64,000 nucleotides of DNA from assembly GCA_937138625.1 (NCBI GenBank), contig CAKZPF010000009.1, positions 96,831 to 160,830 on the forward strand, read 5' to 3'. The notes under the pieces are model-generated. The model was not told the origin of the DNA. It did no database searches and saw only the letters and a program-made list of their open reading frames with translations. This document shows positions 1 to 9,272 of this stretch, in pieces. The first letter of the stretch is position 1. Each line of letters starts with the position of its first letter. A program made the position numbers and the translations under genes. This stretch comes from an uncultured Caulobacteraceae bacterium. Lineage in GTDB: Bacteria; Pseudomonadota; Alphaproteobacteria; Caulobacterales; Caulobacteraceae.

Positions 1-1068
1 GGTATCCCAATAGGCCCCCTTGACCAGACGCACCATCAACCGCCGTTCCGAAGCCATGGCCAATTGACGGACCTGTTCGATGATCAAAGGCGAGCGCTTT
101 TGGTAGGCCTGCACGGCCAAGCCCAGACCCGTCCAGTTCTTCAGGCCGGGCTCATGGCACAAACGCTCAAGAGTTTTTAGCTGCAAGATCAGGCGGTCGG
201 CCTCTTCGGCATCCAGGCAAAAATTCAAATTGGCTCGGGCAGCAGCCTCGGCCAACGGCAACAAACGGGGATAGAGTTCCGCCATCACCTCGTCAGTTTT
301 GATGTCATGGTAACGGGGGTGCAACGCCGAAAGCTTCACCGAAATGCCGTGACCATCCTCGGGCCCTTGCCCCTCGGTGGCTTTGGCTGTGGCTTCGATG
401 GCCTTCATGTAGGCACCGGCATAGCGTTCGGCATCCTCGTGGGTGCGGGCCCCCTCGCCCAACATATCGAACGAGCACATCGATTTTTCAGTGCGGGCGC
501 GCTTCAGGGCTTCGCGCATATTGCGGCCCAACACAAACTGTTCGCCCATAATGCGAATGGCCTGCAACATGGCGGCGCGGACCATAGGCTCGCCCAAACG
601 GCTGACCATTTTGCGCATAAAGCCGCCGATATTTTGACGCACTTCGCCATCGACATCGATGACCTTGCCCGTCAGCATCAAACCCCAAGTGGAGGCGTTG
701 ACAAACATACTGTCGGAATGCCCGAGGTGGGATTCCCAATCGCCCGAGCGGATTTTTTCAGAGATCAATCGGTCTTGGGTGTCTTCATCGGGCACACGCA
801 ACAGGGCTTCGGCCAGGCACATCAGGGCCAGTCCCTCGCGGTTTGCGAGACCGAACTCTTGCAGAAAGCTTTCCAGAACGCCCTGGCGCTTCGCCGCCTT
901 GCGGGTGCCCACCACCAGGCTTTCGGCTTCGGCCTTGACCAATTTGCGCGCTTCGCGATCCAGCGGCACCCGAGCCAAAAGCTTGGACAAGACCTCGTCT
1001 TCGTCCAAAAATTTTTTTTGGTCCAGGGTGTTCCAATCCTGACCCGTGGCTTGTGTATCCGACGACAT
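1..1068 (-). CDS. putA: Bifunctional proline dehydrogenase/P5C dehydrogenase PutA, N-terminal part (gene runs off left edge)
   Basis: Own translation of minus strand from ATG 1068 (alt. in-frame ATG 1074) stays open to nt 1: MSSDTQATGQDWNTLDQKKFLDEDEV...SMCSFDMLGEGARTHEDAERY...GISVKLSALHPRY...LDAEEADRL, typical PutA proline-dehydrogenase barrel motifs. Absent from ORF track because edge-truncated. Confidence 0.8.
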   Translation of the reverse strand, partial: MSSDTQATGQDWNTLDQKKFLDEDEVLSKLLARVPLDREARKLVKAEAESLVVGTRKAAKRQGVLESFLQEFGLANREGLALMCLAEALLRVPDEDTQDRLISEKIRSGDWESHLGHSDSMFVNASTWGLMLTGKVIDVDGEVRQNIGGFMRKMVSRLGEPMVRAAMLQAIRIMGEQFVLGRNMREALKRARTEKSMCSFDMLGEGARTHEDAERYAGAYMKAIEATAKATEGQGPEDGHGISVKLSALHPRYHDIKTDEVMAELYPRLLPLAEAAARANLNFCLDAEEADRLILQLKTLERLCHEPGLKNWTGLGLAVQAYQKRSPLIIEQVRQLAMASERRLMVRLVKGAYWDT

Positions 1069-1158
1069 GTCCATCTGACGCCTCTCCTCTTATCCCTTTT
1101 GGCCTTAGGCGGAAAACGGGATCTTGGCAAGCGTCAGTTTTGCGACGAGATGACGCGC

Positions 1159-2823
1159 TTATTCAATGATCACATAGCGGAATTCATCCAGCATCCGATG
1201 ATTGTCCCGCACCATCTGCCCCTGAGCAGTGGCAACAATATTTTTGATCTGGATCTGCACCTGCCCCGCCGCCCCGGGAATCTCAGCTGCGGTGTTGGTG
1301 ATGCCCTGCATACTGATCCCGTATTCTTGGCGCACGATGCTGTTCAAAACATCCGATGCCCCGGCCGAGCTGAGATTATCGGTAGCCTGCATATACCCCA
1401 ACGCCAGATCATCAGCACTGATCATGCCGCTGTTCAACAAATTCTGTACACGCGGGGACATAAAGACATGACGCACATCATCAAAGGGCAAATAGAGATA
1501 ATCACCCACCCGCTGAATACGTTCGCCAGTGGCCAAGCCTTCGGGGCGATTGATCAGCCGCATGGCCTGGGCGGCAGGTTGGCTCATGGCCGCCGAGCCC
1601 TGAGCGATCGGTTCTCCGGCAGTGCCCTGTAAAAACCTCAGGGCCTGATGATCGGGAACAGCATCGATCCCGGCGCGGCGCAGACCATTGGCGACCCCTC
1701 TATGCGGCAGGGCCTCAACACCGCGCCCGGTGCCCACCAGATCATCGGCGGTTCTGACCACGGTGCCTATATTGTCCTCGATCCCCGCACGAAGAATCTC
1801 TTGTCCCGAGCGCTCTCCGACCCCTGCGGTTTCATCCATCGCCTTGGTTGCCGGCGGCGTAGAGCGTCCCAGGCGCAAAGCCCGCGCCCCTTGCGCCAAG
1901 CCCACCGTGCCAATGGCAAGGCCGGCCTCCACCACATCTTGGGCCGCGCCTTGGCGTTTATACTCAGACACTATGATGTCAACGGTGCGGGTGTCTTTGG
2001 CTTGGCCCACGGCCAGCAGGAAAGCCAAAAACTTGCCCGCATCCCAACTGGTGGCCGACAGCGCCACCGCCGTGCCCAGGGTGGCCAAAGCCGCCACCCA
2101 TCCTGGCGGGCCCAAAAACAACAAACCGCCCAGGACCACAGCGCCGGCAATGATACCGGGCAGCATATTCATCAATTGGGCTTTGACCTCGGCGCCCAAC
2201 CCATCCCCCAATTTGTCAAAAGCATATGACAGGCGCGTGCCCAGCTGGGCGGCAAAGGCCGCGGCCTCGACCTCGGATCCACTGAGTTTCAATTCCTGAC
2301 CGGGGCTGAGCTGCAATTGAAAGGTGGATAGGCCGTTCAAATGGGCAATGGAGTTCGCAGCCGCCTGGATCTCTTCGTCGTTGGGGGTGCTGAGACCCGC
2401 GCCCTTCAGCTGGCGTTCCGCAAAGGCAAAAATGTCTTCGCCCGGGCGAATGGTATCGATGATGGGAGCGGGCACCGGTGGCAATGGGGCCGTTAAGATC
2501 ATCACATCCGATGGGAAGACATAATCCATCACTTGGGGGTGATTTTGGAAAATGTGGGGATTGGCCTTGATGATGTCATAAACGCCCACGCCTTCTCTCT
2601 GGGCGATTTGAAAGAGGCTGTCTCCCTGACGCGCCCACACAAGACGGGGCCCACCATCGGCAAAATAGGCCTCGAGGCCGATGGGGCTGGCGGCTGTGGC
2701 CTGCTGAATATTGGCGGCCTGGGGCGCGTCCGCAGCCCCATTAAGCGTGAACTGCCCCTTAGGCGCCATTGAACCCCCTTGAGGAACAGCGAAATTTGAG
2801 GCGGAAGGGACAATTGTATTCAT
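1159..2823 (-). CDS. Orphan LysM-domain protein with central paired hydrophobic helices and unknown C-terminal domain
   Basis: 554-aa ORF. LysM-like segment VWARQGDSLFQIAQREGVGVYDIIKANP...VFPSDVMIL; two adjacent hydrophobic stretches GIIAGAVVLGGLLFLGPPGWVAALATLGTAVALSA; no N-terminal signal peptide; C-terminal ~250 aa unrecognised. Confidence 0.6.
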   Translation of the reverse strand: MNTIVPSASNFAVPQGGSMAPKGQFTLNGAADAPQAANIQQATAASPIGLEAYFADGGPRLVWARQGDSLFQIAQREGVGVYDIIKANPHIFQNHPQVMDYVFPSDVMILTAPLPPVPAPIIDTIRPGEDIFAFAERQLKGAGLSTPNDEEIQAAANSIAHLNGLSTFQLQLSPGQELKLSGSEVEAAAFAAQLGTRLSYAFDKLGDGLGAEVKAQLMNMLPGIIAGAVVLGGLLFLGPPGWVAALATLGTAVALSATSWDAGKFLAFLLAVGQAKDTRTVDIIVSEYKRQGAAQDVVEAGLAIGTVGLAQGARALRLGRSTPPATKAMDETAGVGERSGQEILRAGIEDNIGTVVRTADDLVGTGRGVEALPHRGVANGLRRAGIDAVPDHQALRFLQGTAGEPIAQGSAAMSQPAAQAMRLINRPEGLATGERIQRVGDYLYLPFDDVRHVFMSPRVQNLLNSGMISADDLALGYMQATDNLSSAGASDVLNSIVRQEYGISMQGITNTAAEIPGAAGQVQIQIKNIVATAQGQMVRDNHRMLDEFRYVIIE

Positions 2824-3045
2824 ATCTCATCTCATTTCTAAACATATGGGCGATTGCGTACGGACTGTGCTCGGTGGGCACGCATCATTTTTATTTACGG
2901 TTTTGTGTAATTTTTTATTATATCTGTCAAAACCTATCGTTTTTGAGGCGAATTCCTCTCCTGCCCTGTGCCCTTAATAAGAATATTTACGCCTTCGGCG
3001 TTTCCCCATCTAGATTTGATGAGTGGGCACCGCTAAATCTCGTTT

Positions 3046-4146
3046 ATGCGCATTTTGATCGTCACCGATGCCTGGTCGCCCCAAATCAATGGGGTGGTCA
3101 ACACATTGCAGCGCACGGTGCACGAACTGGGGGAAATGGGTCATGACGTTAAGGTCATTGAACCCAATCTCTTCACCACATTCCCGTGCCCCACCTACCC
3201 TGAAATCCGCCTGGCCTGGTCACCAAGACGCCTGATCGACCAAACCTTGCGGGACTTTGAGCCCGACGCTGTGCACATTGCCACCGAAGGGCCGTTGGGC
3301 TGGACCGCGCGGGCCATTTGCTGGGACTGGAAGGTGCCCTTTACCACCAGCTATCACACCCAGTTTCCCGAATATATTTCGGCGCGCTTTCCCGTGCCCT
3401 TGTGGTCGGGCTATGCGGTCATCCGCTCGTTTCATAAACATTCGGGCCGGGTGATGGTCACGACCCCCACAATGCGAGAACGCCTGGAGCGACGTGGGTT
3501 CAAGAACCTGAGTCTGTGGTCGCGCGGGGTGGATGTCGAACGCTTCCGCCCCGATCTGCCGCCCATTTACAAGGACCTGCCGCGACCGATTTTTCTGAAT
3601 GTCGGTCGTGTCGCCGTCGAGAAAAACATCGAAGCCTTTTTGAAGCTTGATCTGCCGGGATCAAAAGTGGTGGTGGGCGGCGGGCCGCAACTCGAAGAGT
3701 TGCGCAAGAAATATCCCGATATCCTGTTCACCGGCCCCAAAATGGGCGACGAGTTGGCGCGCCATTTTTCCGATGCGGATGTGTTTGTCTTTCCCTCCCT
3801 GACCGACACTTTTGGCCTGGTGATCCTCGAGGCTATGGCCAGCGGGCTGCCTGTCGCGGCTTTTCCGGCCCCTGGCCCCATCGATATCATACCGGGGTCT
3901 GATGCCGGTGTGGTCAGTGAGGATTTGCGGGAGGCCGCCCTTCAATGTCTGAAGATCAAACCCGAAACAGCCCGGGCCTTTGCCTTGACGCGCACCTGGC
4001 GCAAAAGTGCCGAAGAGTTTTTCCATAACCTGACGCCCCTACCGGCACCAGAAAAAGAGCGCTTTTGGCGACGGTTGAAAAAGCGTTTGGCCCAGCTGCG
4101 GCGTAAGCGTCAGCTGCTACCCCCTAGCGTTTCAGCAAAAGACTGA
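3046..4146 (+). CDS. Glycosyltransferase family 4 (GT-B fold)
   Basis: 366 aa; MRILIVTDAWSPQINGVVNTL N-terminus and C-terminal FVFPSLTDTFGLVILEAMASGLPV (E-x7-E type motif) typical of GT4/group 1 transferases. Confidence 0.75.
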   Translation: MRILIVTDAWSPQINGVVNTLQRTVHELGEMGHDVKVIEPNLFTTFPCPTYPEIRLAWSPRRLIDQTLRDFEPDAVHIATEGPLGWTARAICWDWKVPFTTSYHTQFPEYISARFPVPLWSGYAVIRSFHKHSGRVMVTTPTMRERLERRGFKNLSLWSRGVDVERFRPDLPPIYKDLPRPIFLNVGRVAVEKNIEAFLKLDLPGSKVVVGGGPQLEELRKKYPDILFTGPKMGDELARHFSDADVFVFPSLTDTFGLVILEAMASGLPVAAFPAPGPIDIIPGSDAGVVSEDLREAALQCLKIKPETARAFALTRTWRKSAEEFFHNLTPLPAPEKERFWRRLKKRLAQLRRKRQLLPPSVSAKD

Positions 4147-5116
4147 TGGCGCCAAACTGATGGGCCTCTTGCTGGCCCTTGAAAGTTTTGCTGCGCCAAA
4201 CGTATCCCAGGCTGACTTGGGCTTGGCCAAATTGAACCACCACACCCGCCTGGGCTTCGCCAAGAAACGGCTTCTTGTCGACCGAGGCACTGTCGCGGAA
4301 ACTGTTGCCGTCCAGATAAATGTCTCGGGCCACGGCGCGACCTTCAAGGCCTGCAAACAGGTACCAGTTCACATCTGATGGATTATCGAACACCGCCGTG
4401 CCTGACAGGCCAGGCCGAACCCGTGGAGGCCCAAAATCGCGCCCCAATTGCGGGCCGATCCGCGCATACCCCCCAAGGGATGCGTATGTGCGTTCATTGC
4501 CCACGGCCCCGCCCATGCTGCTGCCCCATTCCCACTGCATGGGACTGATGGGGGTTTCGAGATCATGTCGCCAGGCGTGTTTACGCTCGAAGGTCAGGTT
4601 CAAGATGGGTTCGTCATGCAGCTGATGATCCCAGCCCTTGGGCCGCTGTACATTGATCAGATTGTGCACATTGTCTTGCAACCATTCACCCTGGGCCGAA
4701 GGCCCCACAATACCAATATCCAGCATGGCCGTGCTGAGGGTATGGTCGCCCTTGCGGGCGTTGACCAAAAACCCCAGCTTCAGACTGCTAGCATAGGGGT
4801 GATCATTGGGATCCGGTGTGGGGGTACTGATGTCTTGGGGGGTGTACATGGCATGAGAAAACACCAAACCCTGCCGTAAACTCAGGTTATCGCTGTCCAC
4901 ATATGGCACTTTGCTGGCCAGGGTTCTCATTATGGGCCAGACGTTATCTTCCGCCCCCATGTAACTCAGCGCAAAGCCATTGGTGTAATTGCGGTCTGTG
5001 CCCCCCAGCGTGTCATTTTCCACCAAAACGCCATAGGTGGCGCTTTCGGTATGGGCCGGAGAGGAGACCAAAACAAAAGAAATCAATATAACCGGTAGGG
5101 CCAGAAGGGTGCGCAT
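4124..5116 (-). CDS. lpxR: Lipid A deacylase LpxR family outer-membrane protein
   Basis: 330 aa, signal peptide MRTLLALPVILISFVLVSSPAHT; motifs DRNYTNGF, HAMYTPQDIS, IGIVGPSAQGEWLQDNVHNLI parallel the Salmonella LpxR motifs DDYTAGF / DLYTPSG / IGVIGPDAGGQEVQNRAHRII (from memory). Confidence 0.8.
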   Translation of the reverse strand: MRTLLALPVILISFVLVSSPAHTESATYGVLVENDTLGGTDRNYTNGFALSYMGAEDNVWPIMRTLASKVPYVDSDNLSLRQGLVFSHAMYTPQDISTPTPDPNDHPYASSLKLGFLVNARKGDHTLSTAMLDIGIVGPSAQGEWLQDNVHNLINVQRPKGWDHQLHDEPILNLTFERKHAWRHDLETPISPMQWEWGSSMGGAVGNERTYASLGGYARIGPQLGRDFGPPRVRPGLSGTAVFDNPSDVNWYLFAGLEGRAVARDIYLDGNSFRDSASVDKKPFLGEAQAGVVVQFGQAQVSLGYVWRSKTFKGQQEAHQFGAISLLLKR

Positions 5117-5167
5117 GCCCTGTCTGTGTCTGAGATGCGCAGAAATAACAAGTCTGATTTTCTTAGA

Positions 5168-5623
5168 TTAATTCAATTTCAGACGGAAGGTGAAGGCCAG
5201 ATAGCCACTGTCAGTGCGGACATTTTCCACCTTGGTCGAGCGGTGCAAATAGCCAAAGCCCATCTGCATACGGTCACGGCGATAGCCAATACCGATTTGG
5301 GCATCCCCCAGCTCCGCGCTTTCCTCGTGACCCAATTGGCGGTTCCAGCCCAGACCCGTGTCCACAAAGTTGACAGCCAGGTTTTGATCGCCCGACCCCG
5401 CATAGACCACCCAACGCCCCATAGGGCCGAAGGCTTTCTCGGCATCCACAATGTGCAAGGCCGTGGTCAGGGTTTCGCCCAGATCCTGTTGCCAATCGTC
5501 TTTTTTTTCGTTGGCAAAGGCCGAGGATGTCATGGCCAACAGCCCCATCGCCAGTCCCATCGTTTTGATCGGTGCACCCATTGCGTTTGAAGTCTTCAGC
5601 GTTTCAGTTTTGAACATGGTCAT
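5168..5623 (-). CDS. Small secreted/outer-membrane beta-barrel-like protein (possible PagL-like acyloxyacyl hydrolase, unproven)
   Basis: 151-aa ORF with internal signal-like MGLAMGLLAMTSSAFA; alternating beta-strand pattern; H-x-S (YLHRS) near C-terminus reminiscent of PagL. Start uncertain. Confidence 0.45.
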   Translation of the reverse strand: MTMFKTETLKTSNAMGAPIKTMGLAMGLLAMTSSAFANEKKDDWQQDLGETLTTALHIVDAEKAFGPMGRWVVYAGSGDQNLAVNFVDTGLGWNRQLGHEESAELGDAQIGIGYRRDRMQMGFGYLHRSTKVENVRTDSGYLAFTFRLKLN

Positions 5624-5773
5624 GTAAATTCCCCTTTTAGGAGAACTCTCTGCAAAGGCTACGCCAGAGAGGGTAAGTTCACCATAAGTTTAAAGAACAG
5701 ATTTATAAAAATTCAAATCATTACAATCATTAATCTTACCAGATCATCACTATAAACACAAGAAAATGGCCTG

Positions 5774-5794
5774 ATGGGGCGATCACCGCCCCAT
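5774..5794 (-). terminator. Stem-loop downstream of 5865..6362 gene
   Basis: ATGGGGCG-atcac-CGCCCCAT 8-bp perfect stem; on minus strand followed by cAGGCCATTTTCT. Confidence 0.45.
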
Positions 5795-5864
5795 AAAACC
5801 TTTGGCGCATATGTTGAGCGTGATCTTATTTCTATAAGCAGCGGATCAGATGATTGGCCCGGCT

Positions 5865-6362
5865 TTAAAACCGCGTGGTCACCATCACCGCCCAGTGCCC
5901 CATTTCCAGGTCTTCGCGATACAGGTCCAAATTCTCGGTGCGGTAGCCCAGGATCCAGGTCACCGCCCCCGTCTGGTGGGCAAACCCCACCTGAAGTTGA
6001 CCGGTTAAATGTACAGACTGCAACCGAAAGGCTGAAACGTCAGCGGGTGTGGGATCGGCAGGTGCAGCCCATGACCAGTGTAGAGCCTGGTTTTCATCGG
6101 CGATCACAAGACTCCAGCCCCCAGTTGGCGATGCGGTCTCGCCGTGATCAATGGTCACCCCCAGCTTGTGCGCCAGGCGATCCCAAAATGCCGCAGGCGC
6201 TTCGGAGCGCCAAAGCGGTGCGGGCTCTTGCCATGAAGCAGATTTTTGCCATGCATATGAGGAAGCAGCAGGCTCGGTAGCCTGGGCGAGTGTGAAGCCA
6301 CAACCCAAGACCACAGCGGCTAAACACAAGGGGGCGGCGCCAAAGCGCACGGACAATGACAT
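5865..6362 (-). CDS. Secreted/outer-membrane protein, unknown function
   Basis: Start moved to ATG 6362 (SD GGAGA 5 nt upstream: gaaaaGGAGAccctATG). MSLSVRFGAAPLCLAAVVLGCGFTLAQA signal peptide; C-terminal ...VMVTTRF ends in Phe as in OM beta-barrels. Confidence 0.5.
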   Translation of the reverse strand: MSLSVRFGAAPLCLAAVVLGCGFTLAQATEPAASSYAWQKSASWQEPAPLWRSEAPAAFWDRLAHKLGVTIDHGETASPTGGWSLVIADENQALHWSWAAPADPTPADVSAFRLQSVHLTGQLQVGFAHQTGAVTWILGYRTENLDLYREDLEMGHWAVMVTTRF

Positions 6363-6520
6363 AGGGTCTCCTTTTCTCGAAGGTCTACCCAGAAGTCCGC
6401 TCTCACCTATTCCCCGTTTATATCCCAATATTAAAGAAAAAGCCTTGGCATTTGTTGAATACCAAGGCGGCAATGTCTTATAAATTTTAGGAAAATTGCT
6501 CGGTTTGATTTAACCTGAGA

Positions 6521-6910
6521 TTAGTCCTGTTGGGAGGCCCACAGCGAGAACCCTGCGGTCACGCCCACGCCAATGGCTTGGTCTTCCACCGTTGCCCCTG
6601 AGAAATTATAGTCACGGCCGTCTGGGCGCAGCCCCACGGCGGGGTAGTGACCAGGGCGAGGCAAATCCAATGCCTCTAGCACAAAGGCCTCAACTTCATC
6701 TGCGTCAATCTGCTTTGAGGCCTCAACCTTATAATATGTGTCTTGGTCAACCTGTTCAGCCAAGGCCCGGATGTCTGCTTCGGAGTCGCCTGGGAAACCA
6801 TTGCCATCCGCGTCAGGAGCCATAGAGCGCAAGGTTTTCACCCAGGCCTCATCACCGGTTTGCAGTTTTTCGATAAAGGCCTGTTGGCTCACTTGGGGGA
6901 TACCGGACAT
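6521..6910 (-). CDS. Hypothetical acidic protein
   Basis: 129-aa ORF, no signal peptide, contains DADGNGFPGDSEAD acidic loop; no family recognised. Confidence 0.4.
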   Translation of the reverse strand: MSGIPQVSQQAFIEKLQTGDEAWVKTLRSMAPDADGNGFPGDSEADIRALAEQVDQDTYYKVEASKQIDADEVEAFVLEALDLPRPGHYPAVGLRPDGRDYNFSGATVEDQAIGVGVTAGFSLWASQQD

Positions 6911-6998
6911 CTCATTCCTCCTGGGTACAGGTTACAAAATACACATAACCTTTACTAAATCGACAGAGATGCGTCAAGCAGGGAGTGTGGACACCCCC

Positions 6999-8864
6999 TT
7001 ATTGACAGGCCAGGCATTCCTCATAATCGGTTTTGGGCAAAATCGGCCCATCGACCTTTTCTTTGTCCTCGCCGCCGGCAAACGACGCCCGTTGCACGGA
7101 CTTCGAGCGCATATAATACATGGACTTCACGCCTTTTTCCCAGGCCGACCAATGCAACATGTGCAGATCCCATTTGTCCACATCCCCCGGCAGGAAGACG
7201 TTCAAGGATTGCGATTGGCAAATGTCCGGCGTGCGATCGGCCGCAAGCTCGATGACCCAGCGTTGGTCAATTTCAAAAGCGGTTTTGAACACGCCCTTCT
7301 CGTACTCGTCCAGGAACTCCAGATGTTGGACCGAACCTTCGTTTTCCAGGATCGAGGCCCAGACCTCCGGCGTGTTTTGGCCTTTTTCCTCGAGAACCTC
7401 TTCCAGGAATTTGTTTTTCACCGTGAACGATCCCGACAAGGTTTTGTGGGTGTAGATGTTGGCGGGAATGGGCTCGATCCCCGCCGAGGTGCCCCCACAA
7501 ATGATCGAAATCGAGGCCGTCGGGGCCACCGCCAGTTTGTGCGAAAACCGCTCCATCGTGCCACAATCGGCGGCATCGGGGCAGGGTCCGCGCTCTTCGG
7601 CCAGGCTTTTCGAGGCCGCATCGGCCCCACGGCGCAGGTGTTTGAACATGCGCATGTTCCACGATTTGGCCATGGCGCTTTCAAATGGGATGTTCTGCGA
7701 CTGCAAGAAGGAGTGGAAGCCCATCAGCCCCAAGCCCACCGAACGCTCCCGCATCGCCGAGTATTTGGCCCGGTCCATGGACGAGGGCGCCCGATCGATA
7801 AAGTCTTGCAAGACATTGTCCAGAAAGCGGAAAATATCCTCAATGAACCGTTCGTTTTCTTTCCATTCCAGGAACGTTTCCGCATTCACTGATGACAGAC
7901 AACACACCGCCGTCCGGTCTTGGCCCAGGTGATCTTTACCGGTGTGCAGCATGATTTCCGAACACAAGTTCGATTGCCGCACCGTCATGCCCAACTGTTT
8001 CTGATGTGGGGCCATGGCCTTGTTCACCGTATCCGAGAAGATCAGATAGGGCTCACCGGTTTGCAGGCGAATTTCCAAGATTTTCTGCCACAGTTTGCGC
8101 GCGTTTACGCGGCGCATGACCTCGTTGTTTTTGGGGCTGCGCAGGGCGAACTCTTGGTCGTCACGCACAGCTTCCATAAACTCGTCGGTGATGTTCAAAC
8201 CATGATGCAGGTTCAAAGACTTGCGGTTGAAGTCACCAGACGGTTTGCGGATCTCAAGGAACTCTTCAACTTCCGGATGATGCACATCCAAATAAACAGC
8301 CGCCGAGCCACGCCGCAAAGACCCCTGAGAAATCGCCAGGGTCAAACTGTCCATCACCCGCACAAACGGAATGATGCCCGAGGTCTGCCCCGCGCCTTTG
8401 ACCTTTTCCCCAATCGAGCGCACTTCGCCCCAATAGGTGCCAATGCCGCCCCCGTTGGACGCCAGCCAAACGTTTTCATTCCAGGTGTCCACAATGCCGT
8501 TCAAACTGTCCGAGACGCTGTTGAGGAAACAACTGATGGGCAGGCCACGGGCCGCGCCACCATTGGACAACACAGGCGTTGCGGGCATGAACCACAGCTT
8601 CGAGATATAATCATAAATGCGCTGGGCGTGTTCGGGGTCATCGGCATAGGCCGTGGCCACACGGGCAAACATCTCCTGGTACGACTCGCCTGGCAGCAAA
8701 TAGCGGTCTTTCAGGGTGGTCTTGCCAAATTCAGTCAGAAGGGCATCGCGCTCGGGATCCGTTTCGACCTTTTGCACCAACTGAAGGTGTGGGCGCTCCT
8801 CGGCCAAGGCCGCCAAGCGGTTGGTTGCGTGCTGAAAGATGTCCCGCGCTGCTGATGTCGTCAT
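6999..8864 (-). CDS. nrdA: Ribonucleoside-diphosphate reductase alpha chain, class I type, no ATP-cone
   Basis: Start placed at ATG 8864 (GGAGGcaaaaagaccATG). Motifs PATPVLSNGG, SNLCSEI (N-x-C-x-E of class I, not NPCGE of class II), YY pair (KSMYYMRS) and C-terminal Cys pair ECLACQ. No nrdB in this window. Confidence 0.8.
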   Translation of the reverse strand: MTTSAARDIFQHATNRLAALAEERPHLQLVQKVETDPERDALLTEFGKTTLKDRYLLPGESYQEMFARVATAYADDPEHAQRIYDYISKLWFMPATPVLSNGGAARGLPISCFLNSVSDSLNGIVDTWNENVWLASNGGGIGTYWGEVRSIGEKVKGAGQTSGIIPFVRVMDSLTLAISQGSLRRGSAAVYLDVHHPEVEEFLEIRKPSGDFNRKSLNLHHGLNITDEFMEAVRDDQEFALRSPKNNEVMRRVNARKLWQKILEIRLQTGEPYLIFSDTVNKAMAPHQKQLGMTVRQSNLCSEIMLHTGKDHLGQDRTAVCCLSSVNAETFLEWKENERFIEDIFRFLDNVLQDFIDRAPSSMDRAKYSAMRERSVGLGLMGFHSFLQSQNIPFESAMAKSWNMRMFKHLRRGADAASKSLAEERGPCPDAADCGTMERFSHKLAVAPTASISIICGGTSAGIEPIPANIYTHKTLSGSFTVKNKFLEEVLEEKGQNTPEVWASILENEGSVQHLEFLDEYEKGVFKTAFEIDQRWVIELAADRTPDICQSQSLNVFLPGDVDKWDLHMLHWSAWEKGVKSMYYMRSKSVQRASFAGGEDKEKVDGPILPKTDYEECLACQ

Positions 8865-8953
8865 GGTCTTTTTGCCTCCCCAAGGCGTACGAAAAATCTC
8901 GGCTGCCAATTCCGTCAATGATTCCAAGGCTCAGAGCTCTGAACCGCTGAAAC

Positions 8954-8969
8954 CCCTATTTCTAGTAGG
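8954..8969 (-). promoter_or_regulatory. Putative NrdR box 1
   Basis: ccCTAtttCTAGTAGg, imperfect palindrome resembling NrdR consensus acaCwAtATaTwGtgt; 90 nt upstream of RNR start. Confidence 0.4.
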
Positions 8970-8985
8970 CCCATCCACTGCCTAC

Positions 8986-9001
8986 CCCTACATATAGTGA
9001 T
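8986..9001 (-). promoter_or_regulatory. Putative NrdR box 2
   Basis: cccTACATATAGTGAt; right half ATATAGTGA matches the consensus half-site 8/9; offset from box 1 is 32 bp (three helical turns), the usual tandem spacing. Confidence 0.45.
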
Positions 9002-9202
9002 CTCATGTTGGGGTTGGGGTCAACGGGGGAAATGCCGCCCTGCACAGGTTTTTGGTAAACGAATGGTTAAATCCTAAGCCTCAAACACTTAGCCGTAAAG
9101 CCCCTGTTAATAACTGTGTCGGCCCCACCACCTGCACTCGACAGGACCATGACGCGACGCAGACGCGACATGTCGACTCAGCACGCCAAAGGAAAAGAAA
9201 GT

Positions 9203-9239
9203 GAGGGGACGGGCGTGGAGATTAGGCACCCGTCCCCTC
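9203..9239 (-). terminator. Rho-independent terminator of 9273..10733 gene
   Basis: GAGGGGACGGG ... CCCGTCCCCTC 11-bp stem; on minus strand followed by ACTTTCTTTTCCTTT. Confidence 0.7.
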
Positions 9240-9272
9240 GATCTTCAGATCGAGCACGCAAGCCGAGGGAGG

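Noticed and set aside
307-1632. 441-aa plus-strand ORF spanning the putA and LysM-gene regions
   Set aside because: It is antisense to a clear PutA reading frame and to the 1159..2823 ORF, and it crosses their intergenic gap. Its composition (Gly/His/Ala/Arg-rich, no motifs) is typical of GC-rich shadow ORFs.
8865-9200. Cobalamin riboswitch upstream of the ribonucleotide reductase gene
   Set aside because: I could not find the B12-box core (GCCACTG with the preceding AGGGAA/GGTG elements) on the coding strand. The reductase is class I by motif, and the leader is better explained by NrdR boxes.
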